The position numbers were made by a program, and so were the translations under genes. DNA of 64,000 bases from Cycas panzhihuaensis (lineage: Eukaryota > Plantae > Cycadophyta): NCBI GenBank assembly GCA_023213395.1, contig CM041465.1, forward strand, positions 73,849,741 to 73,913,740, in the 5' to 3' direction. The notes beneath the pieces are model-generated. The model searched no databases and was not told where the DNA came from. It was given only the letters and a program-made list of their open reading frames with translations. Shown piece by piece: positions 14,164-27,559 of the stretch; positions within the stretch are counted from its first letter, which is position 1, and each line of letters begins with the position of its first letter.

Positions 14164-14409
14164 CATCGCAATGAGGTAGGGTTTTGATTAACCTACCCAC
14201 CCCACCTCGGACCCTAATCAATTCAAATTCAACTTTCTTTAATATAATCTAATTTTTTGTCGGGTCCACAAATTTTTTTATTTATAATACTATATATATA
14301 AATGTTAAATTAAACCTAAAATTTCTTAATTATTAAACTTTAGGATTTAAAACCCCCATTTTTTATTACATTTTTCTTTATCTAGGCTCTCCCCCCCCCC
14401 CCCCCCCCC
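14164..14409 (-). promoter_or_regulatory. Putative antisense promoter module of C2 (G19 tract, TATA run, GGGTCCGAGG, telo-box, ATG)
   Basis: C19 at 14391-14409, (TA)n at 14291-14300, cctcggaccc at 14205-14214, AAACCCTACCT on the minus strand at ~14174-14184, ATG at 14166. Same motifs and order in C1 at 20281-20572. Confidence 0.55.
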
Positions 14410-15419
14410 AAACTCTTTATCACTTTAATTTAAATAAAATTTAACACCCCCCTTAATCTCTATTATAAACCTTAGCGACCCCCCCTTAAACTTTATAAAT
14501 TTACAAATTAATAAACTATCTTAAACCTCAATAATTATTCCCCTCCCCTTACATTTTATTTTTTAATATTAAAATCAACCCTTTTATACATACTTTTTTA
14601 TAAGACTTAGGCTTAATAAATCTGTTGATTAATCAATAAACTTTAATATGTAACATTACTATTCAATCTTAATATAGTCAATCAACCTTAGGGTAATTAA
14701 AATAAACCCTCCGCCCCCCTATTACTTTTTAATGATTAAAATTAACCCTCCTATCACTACATTCAAATGTTAAAAATTACTTCAAATTAACATAGTTAAT
14801 TTTAGGCAAATTAAAATTAACCTTTTCCCTATTATATTTAATCAACTTCATTCATTTTTATTATACTTTTTTTACATTTATTACTATTCCCCCCAACACT
14901 TTATTATTGATTTATAAATTAACATTTTCCCTCCCTTCCACATCTAATCTATAAATTTTAATTATGTCATTTAATCTTTAAAATTACACAGGGAAACTAA
15001 ATACCTTAGTTATAAAGTTTTTTCTTAAGTAAAACACCTTTTTTTTTTAAAGGAAAACTGTTTATTTTTTACAGGGGATTTTTTAATTTTGAAATGGGAT
15101 AGTTTCTTTCTTTTAAAAAGGGGATTGTTTATTAAATAGGGGCTGTCTATCAAAGGGGGACTATTTGCTTAAGAACATATAACTTTCTTTTAAGAACTGT
15201 TTATCAAAAAAGGGACTGCTTAAGGCAACGTTTTAAGAAGTTGTTTGTTTATTCATATGTTTACAAATACATGATTTTTTATCTTAAATGCAATTAATAC
15301 ATACTAAAATGTCTTCGTGAATTATATCTATTAACTTGATTAGTACTTTTACTAAGTAATTATTTTTCCAATCACCTTTATAACTCTTTAATCTACAATC
15401 AAACCTCAACACTCCCAAT

Positions 15420-18400
15420 ATGGCATTAATGCCAGGGACAGTCACCTGTGTTCCAATTCTAGTATTAACTGGCTCAAACTATGCTAAATGGAGGAACCAC
15501 ATATCTCATCAGCTCAAACAACAAAAGATATGGCGATATGTGACATGTGAATTTGAAAAACCAAAAGTATATACTACTGAGAGTCTTATGGTATATCTGA
15601 TGAACTCAGATGCCGCCTTAGGCACCATATTAAACTCACTCTTACCAGAAATCAGTCGGTAGTTTTCTGAAAAAGATGACTTAGCTTTATGCGGAAAACC
15701 TTGCAAGAAAAATATGACAAGGCTGATACACATCAAGTGGTTGTCTTAGAACAACAATTGTATAACCTGACTTTTGACGACTTTTCGAATGTTGAGGATT
15801 TTTTAACTAAAATTCAATCAATTAATAAAGATCTAGATAACTACATCAAATCTAAAACCAAAGAAGGTGATGTTGAAAAAATAACTACGCATGTTAGAGA
15901 CGACGACACACTCATGCATCATGTAGTAAACAAACTACCAATGCACTTTAATCTCTTCAAAACTGCCAGACAACAAGCTAGCAACCCACCTATTACATTC
16001 AATCAGTTGACTAATAAGCTAATTGAACATCAGAGAATGTTAATTCAACCAGGTGCATTAAAAGATCCTTCATAGGCTTTGTTTTCTAAAACTAAGCCAC
16101 AATTTAAAAATAAACAACAGAATAATAATTTTTATAATAATCTTAAATTCCAGAAACCTCATAGAGGTTCACCGTCTAATTCACAAAATAATGTTAAATA
16201 TTCTAGTCCAACTAAACACCAGAATACTTCTAATCAATTCTTTTCTAATAGGAACAATGCAACTTCTTCTCAAAACACTAGTTGTGCCTATTATCATAAA
16301 AGAGGCCACACTATTGATGTCTGTAGAAGTAGAATAGCTTCAGAAGTATGGAAAGCTTCCAAGGGATTACAAAATAAACCTCAATCCCATTCACAATCCT
16401 ATTTTCAATCTCATTCTCAATCACGACCTCAAAATCGTCAATTTCATAATCGGTCTTTAGCAGCAATAACTTCTGTATTTGTTGCTCCTTTAAATCAACC
16501 ACCACAGTGGATCCTTGACTCTGGTGCGTCCCATCATATGACTGGACACTAGAAAAAATTAACCACTTATCAATCCGAAACGAACTCTGAAAAGAGATTT
16601 CTTTCAGAAGTGGTAATCAACTTAAAGTCAAAGGATCTGGTGATGTTACCCTAAAAGATGGTTCAATCAAGGATGTTTTTTATGTACCTGGTTTGTTACC
16701 AAACATCCTCTCAATCTATCAGATTTGCTAGAAAGACCTTGTTGTCGAATTCTGGAAAAATAAATTTATCATTAAGGATATATTAAACAAATTCAAACGT
16801 ATTGCTTCAGGACCTGTTGATCATAACACAGGTCTCTATAGTCTAACCAGTCTTTAAAATAACAAATCAAAATCTTTTAGTGCCGTTATTACTAAATCTG
16901 ACTCAATCAGCAAATTTTAGCATGCAAGATTTGGCCATACTAGTTATGGCAAATTACAATATTTAAAGAAGCATGAAATGGTTTATGGCTTACTAACCTT
17001 AAACACTATTTATGGTGTTTGTGAAGCCTGTGTGATAGGCAAACAACACATGGATCCATTTCCATACAAAACTCAATATAGAGCAACTGCTCCACTTGAA
17101 CATATGTGGATCCTTTTATGTAACGTCATATTTAGGTTCTCGTTATTTTGTTACATTTATAGATGATTATTCAAGAAAATATTAGGTTTATATACTCAAA
17201 ACACGTAGTCAAGTGTTTGACATTTTTGTTGAATATAAAACATTAGTTGAAAATTAATCAAATTCAAGAATCAAAATATTTCGATCTGATAATGCTAAGG
17301 AATATTTAAGTAGAAAATTTACTTCTTTATGTAAATCACATGAAATTCAGTTCCAACATTCTATTGCTTACACACCTCAACAAAACGGTGTTACTGAACG
17401 CAAAAATCGTACTCTTGTTGAAATGACTCGTTGCATGTTACATGCAAAGAATGTAGATTTAAAATTATGGGCAGAAGTAATTAACTACTCTAATTATTTA
17501 TTAAATCGTTTACCTAGTAAATGTCTACAAAATGTTACTCTAGAACAAAAATGGTCTGGAAGAAAACCATCTATTAATCATTTATGAATATTTGGTAATA
17601 TCGCGTAGGGACATATCCCTCACAAAAAATATAAAACGTTAGATAAAAAAAATTAAAAATACATCTTCGTTGGATATAGCGAAGAGAGCAAAGCTTATAG
17701 ACTCTTAGATCCAGTTACGCATAACATTTCTATTTTACGTGATGTAATATTTGATGAAGAAGGATCTACTTCAATATCTACTTATGTAGAACTTCTTCTT
17801 GAAGATTTATTAACCAACACTCATTTGGTTGACCCTTCTGAAAAACAAGCTGATTCAGAAGTTATAGAATCTTTATCAACTCAAGTCCAAAACTGGACTC
17901 TATCTGAATGCATTAAAACAGATCATTCTCTTCAGGCCAGTTCATCAAATCAACCTACATCTTCAGATACAGTTACTCACAAGCAACCTATTTGGGCAAC
18001 CAAAATGCTTGATGATGCTGGATCTGATGCAGGTAATCCTACCGAAACCAGATGCACACGTGTAAAAACTACATGCTAATTTTGTCTTAATGGAAAAAAT
18101 AATGGACAACAATGATCCAAAAACTTATAAATAAGCTAACAACAATCTTGTATGGCATGATGTTATGTAGACTGAATTTGCTGCCTTAATTAAAAATTCA
18201 GCTTGGGATTTTATTCCTCTCCCACCTGGAAAAAATGTCGTCGACTGTAAATAGGTTTATAGGACTAAATATAACTCATCAAGCGCAGTGGAAAAATATA
18301 AAGCTCACTTTATTACAAAAGGGTTTTCTTAAATAGATGGCATTGATTATAATAAAACCTTTGCCCCTGTTGCAAAGATGAATACAATGAAGATAATTAT

Positions 18401-19660
18401 TGCTCTTCTAGCCAAGTTTGGTTGGGAAATTCACCAAATGGATGTTAAGAGTGCTTTCTTAAATGGTGATCTCAAAGAAGAGATCTATATGTCACAACCA
18501 CCTGGATTTATTAAAAATTCTAATTTAGTTTGCAAACTTAAAAAATCTATTTATGGTTTAAAACAAACTCCTCGAGCTTGGTATATCAAAGTTGATGATT
18601 ATTTAATTCACATTGGATATACTAGATGTATTAATGATCCAAATCTTTATTTTAAACGTGAAAATGAAAATCTTACTATTCTAATCCTCTATGTTGATGA
18701 CATTATTATTACTGGATCATCAATTCATAATATTCATCATCTAAAATTAACTTTAATGAATAAATTTGAAATGACCGATTTAGATCTATTACATTACTTT
18801 CTCGGTTTACAAGTATATCAAAATCATTTAAATATAACAATATCTCAACCTAAGTATATTCTTGACTTAATTCAACGGTTTAACATGGACAATGCTAAAC
18901 TTGTATCCAATCCTTTACAATCAGGAGTTAAACTATCTACTAATTATCTAACTCTGTTATATGATCTAACTCTATATAGATGAATGATTGGTAGTCTAAT
19001 CTATCTTACTCACACTCGCCCTGACATTTCTTATGTTGTTGCTTTATGTTCCCATTATATGCAACAACCACACGAATCTCATTGGAAAGCTGCTAAATGT
19101 ATCTTACGTTATCTAAAACATACTGTCTTTTATGGACTAACTTATAATTTTTATAATAAACCACTAACATTAACTGGATATACTGATTCTGATTGGGTAG
19201 GTGATATATTTGATCGTAAATCTCCTTCAGGTTATGTATTTTTTATAGATTCCTCACCTATTACTTGGTCTAGCAAGAAAATGCAGACACTTGCTTTATC
19301 TATAACTGAAGTTGAATATCGTGCATTTGTTGAAGTTGGTAAATATGCACTTTGGCTAAAATCACTACTAAATGAAATTGGTCTGTCTCTAAACTCTTCA
19401 ATTAAAATTAAAGTTGATAATCAAGGTGCAATTACTATAGCTACTAATCCTGTTTCTCATTCTATGACTAAGCATATTGAATTACATCAACATTTTATTC
19501 GTAATTTAGTTACTAATAATCTTGTTTGTTTGTTTTATTGTCCAACAAATTTACAGATTGCTGACATTCTTATGAAATCTTTAACTGAACTAAAGTTTTT
19601 AAATCTCAGAGGTTTATTGTAGATAAAAGAAGTCTCCATGAAAGGGAGATCACCGTGATG
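15420..19660 (+). pseudogene. C2 gag-pol pseudogene
   Basis: ORF pieces 15420-16552 (gag, decayed zinc knuckle, WILDSGASHHM), INT ~16900-17760, RT 18378-18983 (QMDVKSAFLNG, LYVDD), RH 18984-19622 (YTDSDW, KHIE). Confidence 0.95.
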
Positions 19661-19706
19661 AAGCTCTTCTTTTCTCTCTAGTATAAAAGTTTACATTAAA
19701 GGGGGA

Positions 19707-20135
19707 TGTTAGAAAATATAATGTAAACTTTATATTTCTTTAAGTTATTATTTAGTCACATGTTTAAATTATAATTTAAGTGATTATAATGTTTCAAACT
19801 TATGTTTATTTTAATAATTTGTGGATGGTCATTGAAATATAAAATCGCATTCCAACAAACCTCTGTACTATTTATTCATCTCCTAGATTCATGGAGACAG
19901 TTCCAGGAATTTAGGAAGTTTGTCCAAATACCTGATTAAAGGTTGTTTTAGGGGTTGGTGGTTTTGTATAGTGGTTTCATTTCTTTATTAATAAAATTAG
20001 CTTTAGATGTAGTTTTTCTTCCCCAAAAGGGGTTTTCCACTTGTCAATTGATGTGTACTTATGCAGTGTTAATTTTTGGTTATTTCCTGTTTCCATTGAT
20101 CCTATTAATGCTGTACTTGTGCTTATTCTCTCACA
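19707..20135 (+). repeat. C2 3' LTR
   Basis: TGTTAG...TCACA directly after the PPT. Confidence 0.95.
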
Positions 20136-20280
20136 ACTAGTAAGACATATTAAGCATTCATAACTATCCTCATTCTTTAATAATAGTTAAATAAGGTCAT
20201 ATTATTATCTTAGTCCTTTCAAAGGACTAAATGTTTAATATAATAAGGGGGGTTAATGTTAATATTAAAGTGTAGTAAGT

Positions 20281-20572
20281 GGGGGGGGGGGGGGGGGGCG
20301 CTATTTTTAATATTATAATGTAGTAAGGGGAGGTTGATGTTAAGTCGATTTAAGGAATGGGAGAGGAATGTCCTTTAAAAAGTATGTTTTAATTAGATAA
20401 TTACCCTAAGGTTAACTATGTTTAGTTTATATATATATATATAAAGAGGGGTAGAGAGCGACGCGGATCTGATAGATTTTTATTTTTATTTAAAAAAATT
20501 AGTTTAATTTTTGAATAATATTTGGGGTCCGAGGGGGAAGGTTAGTGAAACCCTACCTATATGTTCTCTATG
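20281..20572 (+). promoter_or_regulatory. Putative antisense promoter module of C1
   Basis: G18 at 20281-20298, (TA)n at 20428-20445, gggtccgagg at 20525-20534, aaaccctacct at 20548-20558, ATGGCG at 20570. Confidence 0.55.
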
Positions 20573-21450
20573 GCGGCGGTTGGTCGTCTTCTTTATAGGA
20601 GCGGCAATGATGGCGTTGCAACAAGGTGAGGACCCAGTTCGTGTTCTCTGTCTTCATAGGAGCGGTTGTGTTGCCATTCCAAGAATTCTTTTATTAGCAC
20701 ATATCAAAAAATAGGTCCATTTGCAATTATTACTCTGCCAAGCTACACTGTCAGCTTTTTCCAAGAAGAGGTGGACAAAGCTACTAAGGAGGAGGAGGTG
20801 AATGGCGCAGAGCCCAAGCCAGATTCTGAGCCGGAGCCAAAGTTGAAATCCAAGAATTACAACTTGCAGAAGTGATTTACACGCCTCAAGGGTTCAAATG
20901 AGCTCACGCATTTTGTCGAACGCCCTGAAATGGCTGAATGGCCAAAGGGGATAGTCCTTATTGCTCTCAAACAGAGGGTTTATTAGCTCAGCGCGAATTG
21001 GTTGTCGACAAAGATTAGTTGTTAAGAGAAATTTATACATGTCTGGGAGGGAGAGCAAAGTAGCGTTGTCATGCTTTTCCAGAGCATTTTCAATAGACAT
21101 ATTTGTTGCTGATAAAGCCATTGAGGAGGAAGAGGCAGACAAAGGTACTATGGCAGAAGATATGGTTTTTCTTTCTTCAAATTCAGAACATAGCCACAAG
21201 GAGAATTATGAATGACTTTAGTGAATTCCAAGGTCCTCAATGATCCAGTTGAATAGACAGAGATAGATGCATACAGATCTTAATCCATATCTGTACAGGT
21301 CAATAACTATGTCGTTTGAATTTTTCTCTTATATGCATCATCACGACATTTGAAATCTTGCTCGCTTTTGATTTACACATAGAATTTATTGAGGAAGGAT
21401 CAGAGGAGCCTCCACTATTTGTGAATAGCCCAATTCAAGAGCAAAAAATT
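20570..21450 (+). other. Variable cargo cassette of C1 leader (host-like, unidentified fragments)
   Basis: GC-elevated, codon-like patchwork not homologous to the C2 cargo. Includes acidic stretches (EEEVNGAEPKPDSEPEP) and a transit-peptide-like stretch (MSSRILSNALKWLNG...ALSCFSRAFS). Confidence 0.45.
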
Positions 21451-21464
21451 GAGCTCTGATACCA

Positions 21465-21909
21465 TGTAAGAAGAGGGGTAGCATGCACAATACCACAGGA
21501 TCAAAGAATTAACCATACATAGGTGCCAAATGACATTGCACACGTACACATTTTTAGTAGGTGGAAAACCCCTTCTGGGGAAGAAAAACCACCTCGTTAG
21601 TTTGAAAATTTATTGACTTAAAAAAAAAAACTTTACATAAAACCTTGACAGAAATACCCTCTACATACGAATGGAAACCAACCTTTAGACATGCTTATGA
21701 CAGCCTCCTAGATTCCTGGAACTAATTCCTAGAATCTAGGAGAGGCTATTTAAAGAATGAGAGGTTCATTAAAATGGGTGGTTGCTCATTTCAACGACCT
21801 TTACATAATAATTAGTAATTAACATTAGCTTTTATAAAAATGAACTTTTACATCACTTAAATTTACTTTTACACATGTGATAAAAAAGATAACATTAGCT
21901 TTTCTAACA
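21465..21909 (-). repeat. C1 5' LTR
   Basis: Adjacent to a perfect PBS; direct repeat of 7322-7694. Confidence 0.95.
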
Positions 21910-22029
21910 ATTACTAACTCTTACCATAATGAGGTTTTGTCTTTTATATCACACTAGTACTTAATCATGATAAGGCTATGAATCCATACCCTATAGGCAT
22001 TATTCATGCATACTGGAATAGTCGTAAGG

Positions 22030-22270
22030 AGAGAACTTGCTTAACCCTTAAGGGGACTTACTCAACCTTCATAAGAAAGGGGACTTGCTCAATCTAAATT
22101 TCTATCATAATATCGAAGGAAAGGGGACTCACTCAACCTAAATTCCTTTCATAACATAAAGGGGACTTACTCAACCCTTAGGGAATGGGGACCCACTTAA
22201 ACTAAATTCCTTTTATAATATAGAGGGAACTTACTCAACCCCTAGGGAATAGAGACTAACTCAACCTAAA
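22030..22270. repeat. Array of ~8 GGGGACTYRCTCAACC motifs in the G2 LTR (second copy at 39130-39400)
   Basis: Directly visible repeated ~16-mer with variable spacers in both LTRs. Confidence 0.8.
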
Positions 22271-23339
22271 TCCCACATGCTAATTGAAATTTACCACCAT
22301 CAAAACAATCCAAGGAGAATGACACAATAATAAACATATATATTCATACCACTTACCGCACTTATCCCTTACATAATATGGAGATAAACTCTAAAAGATT
22401 CTAATAAGAGTTGATTTGTTTGTCCTAGAATTTTGCCTCAAGGTATGATCATGCTTAATATACTAAAGTTAACTTTTACAAAGTTCAACAATGAGAAATT
22501 TAAGAAAGTTTTACTATGAGATTTAAGAATCTTCCTCTCATTCCTACAATTATTAGGTGCATAAACCTTAGTCTTAGTCTCCCAAAAAGCCTCTAGATGT
22601 TCTTTAACTTCTCACTACTTCTATTTAGTGTTGCTACTCTCACTGACTTCATTAATTTTTTCTCTCAAAGGATGATGATGTCAAAAGGATGGAAGACAAT
22701 CCCTTTTCCTACTAAATCTACTCCCTTTAGTAAGTCAGTTAACTATTATTAATACCATTAAGTCTTAGCAGTTGGCTCTGCCTTATAATGGTTGCATCAA
22801 AGTCTACAATTATTACAATTATAGTAACTACCCTATACTTTCTCATCTAAGTTAGGAAAATATCTCTACATTTAATATTCTTAGACATCCCCCTTTTCTG
22901 GCATACTGGCACCTTCAATAGGCACCCTATAAATTTAATTTAAAATTATTCTATCCATTGACAAGAATGTTCTTACAAAATTGTGAGTGCCTACCAATTA
23001 TGCTCTTACTCTATCTCTTTATACTATTAGTACCTTAGATTAAATATGCACAATACATTTGTGTGGATAATTCATCATTTGTATTTAAGTAGGTAAGTCT
23101 ATGATCAAGGATTCCAATGTACCTAAAATTAATCGAATCCAACTTTAGATGAGAAAGTTATGGTCATTCTTATGGAGCATAGGAATTAAGATTTTTCCTT
23201 ATGAATCATTGGTTTTCATGATTTCATAATCTTATAATGTATATGTTTGGTGTTAGTGATTTATTTACATAAGTTCAAGGTGATATTCCTTGTTCATACC
23301 TTTATTTCACATTTTCATAATTCATTCACATGTGTTTTT

Positions 23340-24000
23340 CACTCAGTAGCTTATTTTCAAGTTTGCAAAGTGTCTTACTTTTGCTTATTGTCCTTTTATT
23401 TTGCAATTTTAAAACTTTACCATTAAGTAGCCATACTCAGTAACCCATGTATGAATTTATGAGGAACTTCATCACTCATGTTTTATTTTATAACTTTGCA
23501 ACTAGATTATCCTTTACTCATACCTAATGATCCATTTATGAAATTGCAAGGAGTTTTTAACTTGCTTCCTTTATTTTCATAACTTTGTAAACTAATGTTC
23601 ATAGGGTCCCATTTGATAACCCATTTACGAGAATGCAAAAGGCTCTCTCTTATATATCCTTTGTTTTGCAACTTTGATCTACGAGTATCCATACTTAGTA
23701 GCCCAATTGCAAATTTACAAGAACTCTTTACTTATCTCTTATCTTCATAATTTCATGTCTTAATCTTACTAATTCCACCTTTGACAACCCACTTGTGAGA
23801 TTGCAAGAATCCCTGTACTTACAACTTAGCTTTACAATTTTATAATCTGATCTCTGCATGCCTTCACTTAATGGTTTATTTGTAAGTTTGTGAGAAGTCC
23901 ATTACCCTACAAAACCCTACTTAGATGTTAGCTTTAAACATTCATAACTTGTCTCTCCAACATCTATTTTCAGCATTCCTTCGCTAATTGAAAAGTTAAA
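23340..24000. repeat. Degenerate ~82-94 bp tandem array (~8 units) in G2 U3
   Basis: Unit starts at about 23341, 23435, 23522, 23611, 23693, 23779, 23866 (actYagtaRcccattt...ttgcaag). Confidence 0.65.
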
Positions 24001-24484
24001 AATCTCCTATTTTACTTGGTGGTCTCATCCTTGTGAATTATATGATGGGAAATTAAATTGTTGCATCTAAAAAAAGTCATGAAGGTCTCTGAGTCTAACA
24101 CCTACCCTTATATTTATTTTTCCCTCTATTCTTCCCCCATTTATATCATATGCTCCTCTACTTATACTGCCCATTTGAGTAATATGGTTACTTTTGTATT
24201 ATACAAGCAATAAATAAAGAGTGGTTTTTGCATTGAATAAAGTGTTGAAAGAAAAGAGACAAATAACTTAAGTTTATATAGACTACAACCTAAACATAAA
24301 ACAACTTACTAAAATAAGAGACTAAAATAGTGCATCCCTATACCTAGTGAAACATAAATTGTGCATTCACCTCATATAAGACAAATATAATTGGAAAGGA
24401 AAAGATATATTTTAGACATTTGCTGAAGTTGTGGGCTAACTAAGGATGGTTAAAGAACTAGGTCCTTACATCCATCTCCCCTTC

Positions 24485-26298
24485 ATAAAAGCATCATCCT
24501 TGATATGGCTCCTTTTTATTATAAATAAATAAAGGTGTTATTATTATAGGTCACTCTATAACTTCCATGTTGTGTCTTTTAGATGTTAAGTGCTTCCATT
24601 GCACTTTCACTTACCTAAGGCTTTTATTCTATAACATCCTCTTCCTTTAATATAATATTTTCAAGGGTTCTTCTTCAAAATTAATGCTTAGTCTAGTTAT
24701 AAGGTTAATCCATTCAAACACATGCTTTGAATTAGGTGCATACTTCTTTAGTAATTAAATATGGAATACATTATGAATTTATTGATTTAGAGGAAAAGTA
24801 AGTTTATAGGCAACTTATCCAATTTGCTATAAGACCTTGAATGGACCAGAGTATCTTGGTAAAAGCTTCTTACACATGCCTAAGATAAGTAAGTTGTGCT
24901 TGGGTGTTACCTATAGAAATATATGATCATTGACCTGAAATTCCCTTATTGTTCTCTTTAGGTTTTGTATAACTCTTTTGCCTATTTTGGGCTACCTTCA
25001 ACTACTTTCTAATATTAACTACTTGCCTCTTCATTTATTGTAGTATTTTTTGCCCCAATATATACTTGTCTTCTAGATTTTTCTAACTAAAGGATATACT
25101 AATCTTTCTACTATATAATACCTTAAAAGGACTCATATCCATGGAGGAATGGGTTATACTTTTATAAGTAAATTCAACCAAATAGAGGTGATTCTCCTAA
25201 CTGGTAGGTTATTCCATTATATATATTTAAAGTAAGTCTTCCAACACTTGGTTCACTCTCTCCTTTTGCCCATTGGTCTTAGGATACTGAGTTATACTAA
25301 AGTTTACCCTTGTGCCTAATTTTTGAAACATGGGTTTCCAAAACTTTTAAGTGAACTTAGAATCCTTATCTCACACAATGACCTTAAACATGGTATGCAA
25401 TCTCACTACCTCCTTCATAAATATAGAAGCAATATTTAAAGTGGTACAAGTAGTGAGAACTAGAATGAAATGTGCTAACTTTTTTAGCTTATCTACAAGT
25501 GCCATAATGGCAACATGTTATCAAAAACTTTTAGAGAATCTTATGTTGAAATTTATGGTGATTATTTCCCACTTCTATTCCAAATTTCCAATGGTTATAA
25601 TAATCCTATAAGATGTTTATATCCAACCTTTACCTTTTGGAATGCCATATATTTTGCGACAAAGTAGTAAAATGAAATCATTTCTTTACTATTACATAAG
25701 TTTTGTGATAACCTAGATGGCCTATATATAGTGTGATATAAGCTTCATAGATGATTAATTCTTAGATATCTAAATCTTGTGGTATATAGATTCTTTATTA
25801 ATAGGTTAGTATGCCATTCTCCACTATTTGGAAGTCAACGTATTTTTGTATAAGTATGGTATCTACTTAGTCTAGAGTTTGCTAATTTTGTAAGTTTTTC
25901 TTTGCCTGTTTATAGAACTCATCGATCTCACAAGCTTTTAGAATAGGGTCAATCAAATTAAACCTTTTCATACTTCTAATAATAATATGTCAACATCATC
26001 TCAAAGCATCAACTACATTATTCTCTTTTTATTTGATATATTACAACTAAAAATCAAATTCACATAAATATTTCATCCATCTACATTGCTTAGCATTTAG
26101 GTATGGTTATGTGAATATATGTTTGAGGTTGTCATGATTTGTATGAAGCTCAAAGCTCTTTCTAAGTAGGTAATACCTCTATACCTTGAGTGCATGTACA
26201 ATTATTGCTAGCTCTAGGTCATGAGTAGGGTAATTCTTTTCGCAGCCTTTTAATTTCCTTGATTCATAAGAGACATTTCAACCATCTTGTATTAATAT
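24485..26298 (-). pseudogene. G2 pol, C-terminal part (RNase H end, integrase, chromodomain remnant)
   Basis: YESRKLK..KNY, ERVNQVLEDLL, YSGPFKVL, VAYKL..IHNVFHI motifs. Confidence 0.85.
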
Positions 26299-27559
26299 TA
26301 TTATGACCCTAATTAATTAATCTAATTATTATTAAAAGGCATTCTTGAAAGGTTATGTCCATTTGCCAACAGACATTATCATACATATAAATATATACCC
26401 ATTGTAAATATTCATCATCACTTTATTTTGCTAATCAAATATATTGGTCTTTTTTACTATTAAAGTTATTCAATCATTATTGTTCTCCTGTGTACTCTCT
26501 AAAATTTGATGACTATCTTCAAGTTACAAACTAGGCTCATAATAAGTGGTATTAGAGCAAACCTTTTTCATAGCCACCTTACTTATGCATATCATTCCCT
26601 TGCGTGTCTATCACAAAATTTTGTCCTGCCTCCTTTCTAGCCCTACGATGCCTCCATCTCCATTAGGATTTTCAAACTTCTATCTTTTATCCTGAAATCA
26701 TTATTTATATTTATCTCTCCATCTACTTGCTTGCCTTTATTTCTCATATTGTGACCCCTAGCTACACTTATCTCGCCTTCTAAAATTTCTTCTTACCTAA
26801 TGTTCTTATATATCATATTATTTCTATTATTGTCCATTCTCCTATGCCCTTTTGATGTTATTAAACCTCTTGTGAAAAGATATTTAAGAGATATTCAGTG
26901 ACATCCATTTACATAATATTCATTGTATATTACAAATATAACTAGAACACCAAATAGAAAACCACCAACAAAGATGATTATAAAGTGGCCAGTTGAATTA
27001 TGAAGGCAAGAAAAGTAATCTCTACCTACGAATCTAATGTAAGAAGATAATTTCTACATAAAATACCATAAAGAAGAGAATTTGGTCCTAATCCTATTCT
27101 ACACAAAATATCTCAAAGCCCTACATCACTCTAACAGTTTGAAGTAAGGATTCACTAGGATATGAAGCTCTCGATATTCATGCAAGTGTTTAGTATTGGT
27201 TAAAAAATGTCCATCTAGAGGAAGGGGACTAGATAATAGATTAATAAAGATCTTGTTAAATACAAAAGTGAGTGATATATATGTATGTATGTGGGTGGGT
27301 GTATATACACACACATATATATGATATAGTACAAACATCTAATGCACTCTTAAACCGCATATTACATCAGATTATAGACAAATTAACAATCATGATAACA
27401 TGCAAGAAAGATGAGCTAAGTGTGTTAAATTTAGAAGATAAAAAGATTAGTCATTAGTCATGATAGAACCTAATTGACAAGAGATAATTCTGGTCCTAGA
27501 ATAACTTAATTAAATCTTACTAAGGAGATGATAAGAAAATATTTAAATGACTACTAAAA

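Larger units (their letters stand above)
21910..24470 (-). repeat. G2 3' LTR, remainder (total LTR ~3.2 kb)
   Basis: 21910-22560 aligns with 39015-39690; ends ...ccttaca next to the PPT. Confidence 0.8.
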
